Below, piece after piece: positions 7,600 to 16,404 of a stretch of 20,219 nt of DNA. The number at the start of each line of letters is the position of its first letter. Positions within the stretch are counted from its first letter, which is position 1. Origin of the DNA: Candidatus Bipolaricaulia bacterium (lineage in GTDB: Bacteria > Bipolaricaulota > Bipolaricaulia > RBG-16-55-9). The translations under genes were made by a program, and so were the position numbers. The notes beneath the pieces are model-generated. The model had not been told where the DNA came from and did no database searches. It saw only the letters and a program-made list of their open reading frames with translations. Where the stretch lies: positions 43,317 to 63,535 of the forward strand of contig JBDGQO010000031.1 of assembly GCA_042219045.1 (NCBI GenBank), in the 5' to 3' direction.

Positions 7600-8511
7600 T
7601 CAGCCCGCCTTGCTCGGTTCCGCGGATGCCGAATCATCGCTCGCTTGCGAGGGAACGCCGAACAGCGCCCCGAGCACGGCCCCATAGACGAGGTGATCCA
7701 AGAGGCTGTTCAAGGCCACGGCCGGCGATCCCGACTCCACGGCGAAGACGCCCATGCCCATCACCGGCATGACGGCCAACATGGCCAAGAGCCAGGGCAG
7801 GATCCCATAGGCGGCACCGCGCGCCAGGCCCGGCCCCGTGAGGTTCTGCATGAATACGTAGACGTAGCCCCACGCCAAGACAATTCCGATGCCGAAGTGC
7901 ATCGCCCAGCCGACGATGGGGACGTTCAAGCTGGGATCGACGGTCTCGCCGACGAAGCCGGCCAGCATGGCCCCGACGTTGGACAGGGGGAGTCCGATCA
8001 GCGGCCCGACAAGGCCAAGGATCGACATGGCGCCGGTGCCGGCGATACCGGCCAGCGCCCCGCGAACCAGCTTCGTCTGGCCGGGTGTCCAGCCGGCGTC
8101 GGCATCGACAGCTGTCGATGCCTCGCGAAGCGCCAGCGCCCGGGTCGGCGTCTCGACCGGCGGCGCGTTCTCCGCGTTGGAGCTTCCGGGATCGACGGGC
8201 GTCGATTCGGCATTGGGTCGGGAAATGGCGGGCAATTCCGCCTCGACCCGGGCGACGATCTCCTCGGCTGCGAGGCAGAGCGACTCCAGCTCGCGCACGC
8301 GCCACAGCGCCAGCAGGCCCGTGTCCGTGACGACCACGCGCCCGTCCTCGCAGTCGCGCAGGTGGCGCCGCAGCGGATGGCCCAGCTGTTCGATCCACGA
8401 CCGCGCATGGTCGTGTTCGCAGTCCAACAATTGGGCCAGTTCGTGATTGGTCATCACGTGGAGCTCCTCGTGGGTCGCCAGCGTCTGGGAATGGTCGTTC
8501 GACATGGTCAC
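7600..8511 (-). CDS. Hypothetical protein: N-terminal HTH-like domain, low-complexity linker and C-terminal 4-TM His-containing domain (DUF6789/DUF2938-like)
   Basis: 303 aa. N-terminal MTNHELAQLLDCEHDHARSWIEQL has an HTH pattern. A P/A/E/S-rich linker leads to four hydrophobic segments with GWAMHFGIG and SLLDHLVYG. The start is either GTG 8511 (GTGA overlap with the upstream stop) or ATG 8505. Confidence 0.75.
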   Translation of the reverse strand: MTMSNDHSQTLATHEELHVMTNHELAQLLDCEHDHARSWIEQLGHPLRRHLRDCEDGRVVVTDTGLLALWRVRELESLCLAAEEIVARVEAELPAISRPNAESTPVDPGSSNAENAPPVETPTRALALREASTAVDADAGWTPGQTKLVRGALAGIAGTGAMSILGLVGPLIGLPLSNVGAMLAGFVGETVDPSLNVPIVGWAMHFGIGIVLAWGYVYVFMQNLTGPGLARGAAYGILPWLLAMLAVMPVMGMGVFAVESGSPAVALNSLLDHLVYGAVLGALFGVPSQASDDSASAEPSKAG

Positions 8512-8981
8512 TCACGCTCCGTGGCGATCGTCAAGAATCGTTCCTCGGGCCGGTAGGCCAGCGCGACGGCCAAGCCGTAGGCGAGATGGGCGGTCAGGCT
8601 GCTGAGCACCATCAAGCCCGGGTTGGGCACGGCCGTGAAGAAAATGCCCGCGTTCGCCGCCAGCGGGGCCACGATGATGCCGGCGGCGACGGTCGTCAGC
8701 AGGCCGTACGCCAATCCCCTCGCGAACGGACCACCCGGCAGCAGCCCCATCACCCAGCGCGCGTAGATCACGGCCAACACGATCCCGTTCAGATAGTGGG
8801 CCAGCTGGCCCCAGACGTAGCCGTGGTCCATGTTGGCCGCCAGCATCGCGCCGACGTCCATCTGGTTCAAGCCGAGCCCGGCCTGCCAGAACCCCGTTAG
8901 GGTCATGATGTGGGTCGCCAGCAGGCCGACGACGATCGCTTGGAGCCAGTCGATCGCTCTCCGATTCCGTCTCGGTGTCAT
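8508..8981 (-). CDS. 4-TM His-containing membrane protein (DUF6789/DUF2938-like), paralogous to the downstream membrane domain
   Basis: 157 aa with GLLATHIMT, DVGAMLA, GQLAHYLNG, RGLAYG and SLTAHLAYG. SD AAGGAGG at 8992-8998. Confidence 0.82.
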   Translation of the reverse strand: MTPRRNRRAIDWLQAIVVGLLATHIMTLTGFWQAGLGLNQMDVGAMLAANMDHGYVWGQLAHYLNGIVLAVIYARWVMGLLPGGPFARGLAYGLLTTVAAGIIVAPLAANAGIFFTAVPNPGLMVLSSLTAHLAYGLAVALAYRPEERFLTIATERE

Positions 8982-9038
8982 TCATGCATCGCCTCCTTGC
9001 GGATAGCTTGATGGTAGTAGGTGACCGTTCAACCCCGC

Positions 9039-9103
9039 TGTAATCGCTCTTACTTGCGTCCGGCGTCGGCCGTGTCGGACCGCCGATCGTAAGCCCTCTT
9101 ACA
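9039..9103. promoter_or_regulatory. Pair of palindromic operator-like sites, GTAA-N6-TTAC
   Basis: TGTAATCGCTCTTACT (9039-9054) and CGTAAGCCCTCTTACA (9088-9103), 49 bp apart, in a divergent intergenic region. Confidence 0.6.
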
Positions 9104-9238
9104 GACGTTCTGTTCCTCATCGTCTTCGATATGGATGCCCCAACTCAAGCTTGGCGCGAGCAAGCCGACGATGGAGAGACGGACTGACGGGATGCACAAT
9201 GGCCTCAGGAACGATATTCAAAAGGAGTGGAGCGAGTC

Positions 9239-10159
9239 ATGACCGGATCCGTCCAAGCCATTCTTGACAACTACCCGAACGAAAATCCGGGTGTCTTGGC
9301 CAATCTGGCGAGGATGCTCAACCACGGCCGCCTAGGCGGCACGGGCCGAATGGTCATCCTGCCCGTGGATCAGGGCTTCGAGCACGGCCCCGGCCGCAGC
9401 TTCGCCCCCAACCCGCCGGCCTACGATCCGCAGTATCACTTCCAGCTTGCGCTCGACGCCGGCTGCAACGCCCATGCCGCCCCGTTGGGCTCCCTCGAAG
9501 CCGGCGCGGCGGCGTACGCGGGCGAGATTCCGCTCATCTTGAAGCTCAACAACCACGACGTGCTCCAAGACGAGGCCGACCCGCTCGGGGCGCAGACGGC
9601 GTCGGTGCGCGACGCCCTCCGGCTCGGCTGTTCCGCCATCGGCTACACGATCTATCCCGGCACAGCGGAGCGACGCCTCCAATACGAACAGCTGCGCGAG
9701 CTGACCCGCGAGGCGAAGGCGTCGGGGCTGGCTGTCGTTGTCTGGTCCTATCCGCGCGGCAGCTCGTTGTCCAAGGAAGGGGAAACGGCGCTCGACGTGG
9801 CGGCCTATGCGGCCCAGATCGCCGCGCAGCTCGGGGCCAATATCATCAAGGTCAAGCTGCCGAGCGACCACCTGGAGATCGACAAGGCACGTGACGTCTA
9901 CGAGGCCGAAGGCGTGCCGCGCGAGACGCTGGCGGAGCGCGTGCGCCACGTTGTCCAGAGTGCGTTCAACGGGCGCCGCATCGTCATCTTCTCCGGCGGC
10001 GCCCGCAAGGACGACGAGCAAGCGCTCCACGACGAGGCCCGCGCCATCCGCGACGGCGGCGGCTTCGGCTCCATCATGGGCCGCAACGTCTTCCAGCGCG
10101 AGCGCGCGGATGCCTTGCGCCTGCTCGACCAGATCATGGGGATCTACGAGGACGCCTAG
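9239..10159 (+). CDS. fbaB: Class I fructose-bisphosphate aldolase (DhnA/FbaB family)
   Basis: Motifs ILPVDQGFEHGP, AIGYTIYPG, VVWSYPRG, IIKVKLP (Schiff-base Lys), IFSGG and GSIMGRN. ATG 9239 is preferred because GTG 9227 sits on the SD (AAGGAG/GGAG). Confidence 0.93.
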   Translation: MTGSVQAILDNYPNENPGVLANLARMLNHGRLGGTGRMVILPVDQGFEHGPGRSFAPNPPAYDPQYHFQLALDAGCNAHAAPLGSLEAGAAAYAGEIPLILKLNNHDVLQDEADPLGAQTASVRDALRLGCSAIGYTIYPGTAERRLQYEQLRELTREAKASGLAVVVWSYPRGSSLSKEGETALDVAAYAAQIAAQLGANIIKVKLPSDHLEIDKARDVYEAEGVPRETLAERVRHVVQSAFNGRRIVIFSGGARKDDEQALHDEARAIRDGGGFGSIMGRNVFQRERADALRLLDQIMGIYEDA

Positions 10160-10171
10160 CGCCGGTCGCCA

Positions 10172-12205
10172 ATGGCCGATCGCTCCCGCTCCGACATGGC
10201 GCTCATCGACCTGGGCCGCGACATTGCGACCGACCTGGACGCCGGCACTCGCCGCGAGTGGCTCGTCACGAACGGCATCGGCGGCTACGCCTGCGGCACG
10301 GTGACGAATCTACTGACCCGCAGCTATCACGCGCTGCTCGTGGCCGCGCTCGATCCGCCGCTCGGGCGGACGCTGCTCTGGGCGTCGTTGGATGCCACTG
10401 TGGTTTACGAGGGACGACCGTGGCCGTTGTTCGCCCACCGCTGGCAAGCGGCCGACGGGCCGGTGGACCCTCGCGGCCATCGCCACATCGAGCGCTTCCA
10501 TCTCGAGGGGACGACGCCCGTCTGGACGTACGCCCTGGGCGATGCGTTGATCCAACAGCGCATTTGGATGGAGCCCGGTGCCAACACGACGTATGTGCGC
10601 TACGACCTCGTCCGTGGCTCAAATCCCATTGAGGTGCGCGCCAAGCCGCTCGTCAATCGCCGCGATCATCACGCCACGACCCGAGCCGACGACGACATGA
10701 TGGAGGTCGAGCCCGTCGAGAACGGGCTGCGCGTGGTCGGGGCTGACGGTGACGTTGCCCTGTTGGTGCTGAGCGATCGGGGAACGTTCGAACCCGTCGA
10801 ACAGTGGCACCACGCGTTCTATCTGAGCCAAGAGGCCGATCGCGGGCTCGACCCCATGGACGATCACTTGGCCGCGGGCCTGCTCACCGCGTCGTTGGAG
10901 CCGGGCCAGTCGCTCACCGTCGCGGCGAGCACGGAAGATGCGCCGGATCTCGACGGCGAGGCGGCGTATGCCCGCCGGCGTGAGCACGAGGCTGGCATCC
11001 TGTCGGCCAGTGGCGCCGAGGCTGAGGCGCCCGAGCGACGCCAGCTGATCCTGGCCGCCGATCAGTTCGTCGTTCGGCGCGAGGGGGCCGATGGGGCCGA
11101 CGGACGCTCCATCATCGCGGGCTACCCCTGGTTCGGCGACTGGGGCCGCGACACGATGATCGCGCTGCCCGGCCTGCTGGTGCGCACCGGACGTGCCGCC
11201 GAGGCCGCCCAGATCCTGCGAACGTATGCGCAATATATCGGCGACGGCCTGGTGCCGAACCGCTTCCCCGACCACGGCGAGACCCCCGAGTACCACACCG
11301 CCGACGCCACGCTCTGGTTCATGGAAGCGATCCGGGCATATCGCGAAGCGACAGGGGACGTCGGACTGCTACATGAGCTGTTTCCCGTGCTGGCCGGGAT
11401 CATCGAGCGCCACCGACGGGGCACCCGCCACGGCATCGGCGTCGACCCCGACGACGGGCTGTTGCGGGCGGGCGAGCCCGGGCTGCAACTGACCTGGATG
11501 GACGCCAAGGTGGGCGACTGGGTCGTCACGCCGCGCCGGGGCAAGCCCGTGGAGATCAACGCGCTCTGGTATCACGGCCTGCGCGTGCTGGCCGACTTCG
11601 CTCGAGACCTCGGCCGCTCGCCCGACGCGTTCGAGGCGGCCGCGGATCAGGCGCTCGAGGGGTTCCAGCGCTTCTGGGACGAGCAACGAGGGCATTGTGA
11701 CGACGTGCTGGACGGGCCGGATGGCCATGAGACGAAGCTGCGGCCGAACCAGCTGCTGGCGGCCTCGCTCACGTACAGCCCGCTGTCGGCCGAGCAGCAA
11801 CGGGCAATCGTCGACCGCTGCGCCCGGGACCTCTGGACGTCGCACGGCCTCCGCAGCCTCGCTCCGGACGATCCCGACTACATCGGCCGCTACGGCGGCC
11901 CGCAAGCCGACCGCGACGCGGCGTATCATCAGGGCACGGTCTGGGCTTGGTGGATCGGCCCGTTCGTCGAGGCCCATCTGCGCGCCTATCAGGATCCTGA
12001 CACGGCTTACTCGTACTTGACGCCCTTGCTGCGCCATCTGCACGACCATGGCCTGGGAAGCGTCGCGGAGATCTTCGACGGCGATCCCCCGCACACGCCG
12101 CGCGGCTGCTTTGCGCAAGCCTGGAGCGTGGCCGAGCTGCTGCGCGCCGATCGCCTCATCGCCGAATCGAGTCACGCATCGACCCGACGACAGGAGGCCC
12201 GATGA
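10172..12205 (+). CDS. Amylo-alpha-1,6-glucosidase / glycogen debranching enzyme (GDE_N + GDE_C, GH133-type)
   Basis: 677 aa with REWLVTNGIGGYA, IIAGYPWFGDWGRDTMIALPGL, LTWMDAKV, GKPVEINALWY, AYHQGTVWAW and GCFAQAWSVAE. Confidence 0.92.
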   Translation: MADRSRSDMALIDLGRDIATDLDAGTRREWLVTNGIGGYACGTVTNLLTRSYHALLVAALDPPLGRTLLWASLDATVVYEGRPWPLFAHRWQAADGPVDPRGHRHIERFHLEGTTPVWTYALGDALIQQRIWMEPGANTTYVRYDLVRGSNPIEVRAKPLVNRRDHHATTRADDDMMEVEPVENGLRVVGADGDVALLVLSDRGTFEPVEQWHHAFYLSQEADRGLDPMDDHLAAGLLTASLEPGQSLTVAASTEDAPDLDGEAAYARRREHEAGILSASGAEAEAPERRQLILAADQFVVRREGADGADGRSIIAGYPWFGDWGRDTMIALPGLLVRTGRAAEAAQILRTYAQYIGDGLVPNRFPDHGETPEYHTADATLWFMEAIRAYREATGDVGLLHELFPVLAGIIERHRRGTRHGIGVDPDDGLLRAGEPGLQLTWMDAKVGDWVVTPRRGKPVEINALWYHGLRVLADFARDLGRSPDAFEAAADQALEGFQRFWDEQRGHCDDVLDGPDGHETKLRPNQLLAASLTYSPLSAEQQRAIVDRCARDLWTSHGLRSLAPDDPDYIGRYGGPQADRDAAYHQGTVWAWWIGPFVEAHLRAYQDPDTAYSYLTPLLRHLHDHGLGSVAEIFDGDPPHTPRGCFAQAWSVAELLRADRLIAESSHASTRRQEAR

Positions 12206-14853
12206 CCCCGACCGAGGAACACGAGCGCCTGCGCCAATACCGCGACCGCGAGAGCAACTGGAAGCACTGGGGCCCCTATCTGAGCGAGCGGGCCTGGGGC
12301 ACCGTCCGCGAGGACTACAGCCCGCACGGCACCGCCTGGGACCATTTTCCGCATGATCATGCTCGGAGCCGGACGTATCGCTGGAACGAGGACGGGCTCT
12401 TGGGGATCTCCGACCGTCACCAGTATCTCTGCTTCGCGCCTGCATTCTGGAACGGCCAAGACCCCATTTTGAAAGAGCGCCTCTTCGGGCTGTCGGGCGA
12501 GGAGGGCAACCACGGCGAGGACGTCAAGGAGGGCTACTTCTATCTGGACAATACACCGACCCACAGCTATATGCAGGCGCTCTACAAGTATCCGCAGGCG
12601 CAGTTTCCCTATGAGGAGCTCGTCGCGGAAAACGGGCGGCGCAGCGCCGCTGAGGAGGAGTACGAGCTGATCGACACAGGAATTTTCGATGAGAACCGTT
12701 ACTTCGACGTCTGGGTGACTTACGCCAAGGCCGATCAGGACGACCTGCTGATCGAGCTTCAGGTTACGAATCGCGGGCCCGACGAGGCGCCTCTCTGGGT
12801 GCTGCCGACGCTGTGGTTCCGCAACACCTGGAGTTGGGGCTATCCCGACGGCCCGATGGGCGACGTCCCCGAACGGCCGATCATGCAGGCGACGGGCGCC
12901 GATTCCGATCGAGCGGCGATTGAGGCCGTCCATCCCGCGCTCGGCACGTATCGTCTTTGGGCCGACGGCGCCGACGGGCTCGTCTTTACCGAAAACGACA
13001 CCAATCAGGAACGCCTCTTCGGTACGTCCAATCCGACGCCCTACGTGAAGGACGCCTTCCATCGCTATCTGATCGACGGCGATCCGGACGCGGTCAACCC
13101 CGCACGGGCGGGCACCAAAGCGGCTGCGCTCACCCGGTGGTCGCTCGAGCCGGGCGAGACGCGCACGCTGCGGCTGCGCCTCTCCAATGTCGAGCATGCA
13201 TCCCCGTTCGGGGACGTCGACGACACGCTGGCGCAACGGCGCACTGAGGCCGACGCGTTCTACGACGCCCTCCAGCCGAACGGGCTGAGCGACGACGATC
13301 GCAACATCCAACGTCAGGCCTACGCCGGGATGCTCTGGAGCAAGCAGCTCTACTACTACGACGTGGAACAGTGGCTCACCGGCGATCCGGGCCAGCCCGA
13401 CCCGCCTCCCGAACGCCGCCACGGGCGCAACGCCGAATGGACCCATTTGACCAACTTCGACGTCATTTCCATGCCCGACAAGTGGGAATACCCCTGGTAC
13501 GCCGCCTGGGACCTGGCGTTCCACTGCATCCCCCTGGCGCGGCTCGATCCCGACTTCGCCAAGCGCCAACTGGAGCTCGTGACCCGCGAATGGTACATGC
13601 ACCCGAACGGCCAACTGCCCGCCTACGAGTGGGCCTTTGATGACGTCAACCCGCCCGTCCATCCGTGGGCCGCGTGGCACGTCTATCGCATCGACGCCGA
13701 GCTCAATGGGACGCCCGATCGCGCGTTCCTCGAAGGCGTCTTCCACAAGCTGTTGCTCAACTTTACCTGGTGGGTCAACCGCAAGGATGCGGACGGGCGC
13801 AACGTCTTCCAGGGCGGCTTCCTCGGGCTGGACAACATCAGTCTCTTCGACCGCAGCGCCGAGCTGCCCGCTGGCGGGCATCTGGATCAGTCCGATGGAA
13901 CCGCCTGGATGGGCTTTTTCAGCCTAGAGATGATGAAGATCGCGCTGGAGCTGGCCAAGGCTGAGCCCGTCTATCAGGACGCCGCGACCAAGTTCTTCGA
14001 GCACTTCCTGCGCATCGCCGACGCCATGACCAACTGCGGCGGGCGCGGCCACGCGCTCTGGGACGAGACCGATGGGTTTTTCTACGACGCGCTCCACCTG
14101 CCGGACGACTCCATTCGGTCGCTGCCGGTCCGCTCGCTCGTGGGGCTGATTCCGCTGGTCGCCACGGAAGCGATCGAGCCGGCCACGCTCGAGGCCCTGC
14201 CGACGTTCCGGCGACGCATGGAGTGGTTCATCGAGCATCGGCCCCATCTGACGGGCAACATGGCGCGCATCGACGGACCGGGCGAGGGCGAGCGGGTGCT
14301 GTTCTCGTTCTTGACCCCGGAGCGCCTCCAGCGATTGTTGGGGTATCTGCTCGATCCGAGCGAGTTCCTCTCCCCCTACGGCGTCCGCTCGCTCTCCAAG
14401 GCCCACGAGGCCGAGCCCGTCGAAATGACCGTCGACGGGGAAACGTTCCGCATCGATTATCAGCCGGCCGAGTCGCGCAGCGGGCTCTTCGGCGGCAACT
14501 CCAATTGGCGCGGGCCCGTCTGGTTCCCCATCAACTACCTGCTCATCGAAGCCCTGCGCGAGTTCGCCCGCTACTACGGCGAGCGGATCCAAGTCGAGTG
14601 CCCGACGGGCTCCGGCCGTTGGCTCAACCTCGACCACGTGGCCGATGAGCTGAGCGAGCGGCTCGTCTCGCTGTTTCGCCGCGACGACGTCGGCCGTCGC
14701 CCCGTCGACGGCGCTCGGTCGATCCAGTGGGACCCGCACTGGCGCGAGTTGATCCCGTTCCACGAGTACTTCCACGGGGACCACGGCGCCGGCCTCGGCG
14801 CCAGCCACCAGACGGGCTGGACCGGCGTCGTGGCCGAGTTGCTCCAGTCATGA
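12202..14853 (+). CDS. GH63-like (MGH1-like) glycoside hydrolase / glucosidase
   Basis: 883 aa with [63 protein letters not shown] and [24 protein letters not shown] overlap with the upstream gene. Confidence 0.9.
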   Translation: MTPTEEHERLRQYRDRESNWKHWGPYLSERAWGTVREDYSPHGTAWDHFPHDHARSRTYRWNEDGLLGISDRHQYLCFAPAFWNGQDPILKERLFGLSGEEGNHGEDVKEGYFYLDNTPTHSYMQALYKYPQAQFPYEELVAENGRRSAAEEEYELIDTGIFDENRYFDVWVTYAKADQDDLLIELQVTNRGPDEAPLWVLPTLWFRNTWSWGYPDGPMGDVPERPIMQATGADSDRAAIEAVHPALGTYRLWADGADGLVFTENDTNQERLFGTSNPTPYVKDAFHRYLIDGDPDAVNPARAGTKAAALTRWSLEPGETRTLRLRLSNVEHASPFGDVDDTLAQRRTEADAFYDALQPNGLSDDDRNIQRQAYAGMLWSKQLYYYDVEQWLTGDPGQPDPPPERRHGRNAEWTHLTNFDVISMPDKWEYPWYAAWDLAFHCIPLARLDPDFAKRQLELVTREWYMHPNGQLPAYEWAFDDVNPPVHPWAAWHVYRIDAELNGTPDRAFLEGVFHKLLLNFTWWVNRKDADGRNVFQGGFLGLDNISLFDRSAELPAGGHLDQSDGTAWMGFFSLEMMKIALELAKAEPVYQDAATKFFEHFLRIADAMTNCGGRGHALWDETDGFFYDALHLPDDSIRSLPVRSLVGLIPLVATEAIEPATLEALPTFRRRMEWFIEHRPHLTGNMARIDGPGEGERVLFSFLTPERLQRLLGYLLDPSEFLSPYGVRSLSKAHEAEPVEMTVDGETFRIDYQPAESRSGLFGGNSNWRGPVWFPINYLLIEALREFARYYGERIQVECPTGSGRWLNLDHVADELSERLVSLFRRDDVGRRPVDGARSIQWDPHWRELIPFHEYFHGDHGAGLGASHQTGWTGVVAELLQS

Positions 14854-14933
14854 CGAGCCCCATCCCAGGACAGCAGGCACCTGGCTCCGCCGCGAGCTCC
14901 CGCTAAGGGGCGCAATCGGAATGGGCCACCCCG

Positions 14934-16235
14934 TCAGTCCGAATCGGGCGAACGGGCGGTTTGAGTCTGGATGGACGGCGGCGGGGCCGACGCCGCCACG
15001 GTCGGTTCGGTCGAGGGATTGTCGACCTGGGTGTAGACGAGCGCCCACCCGAAGACCGCCATGACCGCGCCGAAGGCGAACGGCGCCAGGTACCCCAGCT
15101 CGATCAGAAACCCGGACGACAGCGGCCCGGCCGCGATGCCGAAGCCGAACGACATCGTCAGCACCGACAGCTGCGCCCCGGACTGGCCCCGCTGGGTCAG
15201 ATCGCCCGCCAGCGCCAGCGCCGGCGCAAAGACGAGCGCGCCCGAGATCCCCTGGGCGAAGCGCGCGGCCACGAGCAGCCAGGAGTCGGCGATGAGCCCC
15301 TGCACGAACGTCGTCGGCACCAAAAACGCCATGCCGATCAGGATGAACGTGCGGCGCCCGAAGCGGTCGCTCAGCTTGCCCGTCAACGGCTGGAACAGCG
15401 CGTTCGCCCCGATGAACGCGGCAAACTGCAGCCCGAACATCGTCGGCCCCTGGCCCAGGCGGGCGTTGATCTGGGGCTCGATGGTGGACAGCACCGAGAT
15501 GCCGGCCGCCATGGTGAACGAGGCGACCCCGAGCGTGAAGATGGGGTCCAGCCAGCGGTCGGGGCGGGCCGAGCGGACCGCGATGGCGACGCGCCGCCGG
15601 GTCGGCTGCGTTTCGACGGGATCAGACACGAACAGCGACACCAGGCCGACGCTGGTGAGCGCGGCCAAGGCAGCAATGTAGAACGCCGCGTTGAAGCCGC
15701 TGATCTCGAGGCCCCCCAACACGGGCAGCGTGTACGGCCCGCCCGCGAGCACGAGGCCGGCGAAGAGCGGCCCCGAGCCGAAGCCGATCATGCGGAAGGA
15801 GTTGAAGATCCCCATGTTGCTGCCGCGCTGGCCGGCCGTGCTGTATTCGTTGACCAGCGCGATGCTGGCGGTGATCGTGATCGCGACCGTCACGCCTTGC
15901 ACCGCCCGGATCCCCAACAGCGCGAGATACGACTCGGCCAAGGAGAAGCTGAAGTTGCACACGGCCAGGATGACGAGGCCGAGCAGGATGAACGCCTTCC
16001 GCTTGCCGAAGCGATCCGACAGCCGGCCGGCGAAGGGCTGGAGCGAGCTGTTGAACAGCCCGAACACGGACAGGATCAGCCCCGTCACCATCGCCTCGGT
16101 CAGCCCGAAGGCCACGTGCTCGACCGTGCCGCTGGCGACAAACAACGGCAGAACGACGATCAGAAACGAGTTGGACAGCGCGTCCGCCATGCGGGCGATG
16201 CCGAGCACGGCGACGCGGGTATCAAGGTTCTGCAT
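14934..16235 (-). CDS. Major facilitator superfamily transporter
   Basis: About 12 hydrophobic segments and two motif-A copies (GRLSDRFGKRK, GKLSDRFGRR). I moved the start to ATG 16235 (MQNLDTRV, SD GAGGG) because the track's 94-aa extension overlaps the Rieske gene. Confidence 0.92.
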   Translation of the reverse strand: MQNLDTRVAVLGIARMADALSNSFLIVVLPLFVASGTVEHVAFGLTEAMVTGLILSVFGLFNSSLQPFAGRLSDRFGKRKAFILLGLVILAVCNFSFSLAESYLALLGIRAVQGVTVAITITASIALVNEYSTAGQRGSNMGIFNSFRMIGFGSGPLFAGLVLAGGPYTLPVLGGLEISGFNAAFYIAALAALTSVGLVSLFVSDPVETQPTRRRVAIAVRSARPDRWLDPIFTLGVASFTMAAGISVLSTIEPQINARLGQGPTMFGLQFAAFIGANALFQPLTGKLSDRFGRRTFILIGMAFLVPTTFVQGLIADSWLLVAARFAQGISGALVFAPALALAGDLTQRGQSGAQLSVLTMSFGFGIAAGPLSSGFLIELGYLAPFAFGAVMAVFGWALVYTQVDNPSTEPTVAASAPPPSIQTQTARSPDSD

Positions 16236-16341
16236 GAGTTCGATCCCTCTTGAATCGTTGAGTGCGCGGCGTTCGGTCCGTCGGGCCGCGCGTGGGCCAC
16301 GGTTGACGCGTTCCTCAGACCTGGGAACGGCCAGGATCCCT

Positions 16342-16370
16342 AGTGTAAGGCGCAGGGCCTTCCATTTCGA
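16342..16370 (-). promoter_or_regulatory. Candidate sigma70 promoter for the MFS gene
   Basis: Minus strand TCGAAA (16370-16365), 17 nt, TACACT (16347-16342). Confidence 0.35.
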
Positions 16371-16404
16371 GGCCCCGCGCTTGGAGGGCGGACGATGCGG
16401 CGCG

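Noticed and set aside
12172..13881. 569-aa minus-strand ORF and similar long antisense ORFs (726-1478, 3583-4551, 7549-8556, 11369-12445, 14961-16253, 19179-20000)
   Set aside because: All lie opposite well-supported genes and show no recognisable domains.
14854..14933. Bidirectional terminator between the convergent GH63 and MFS genes
   Set aside because: No convincing stem with a U-tract on either strand.
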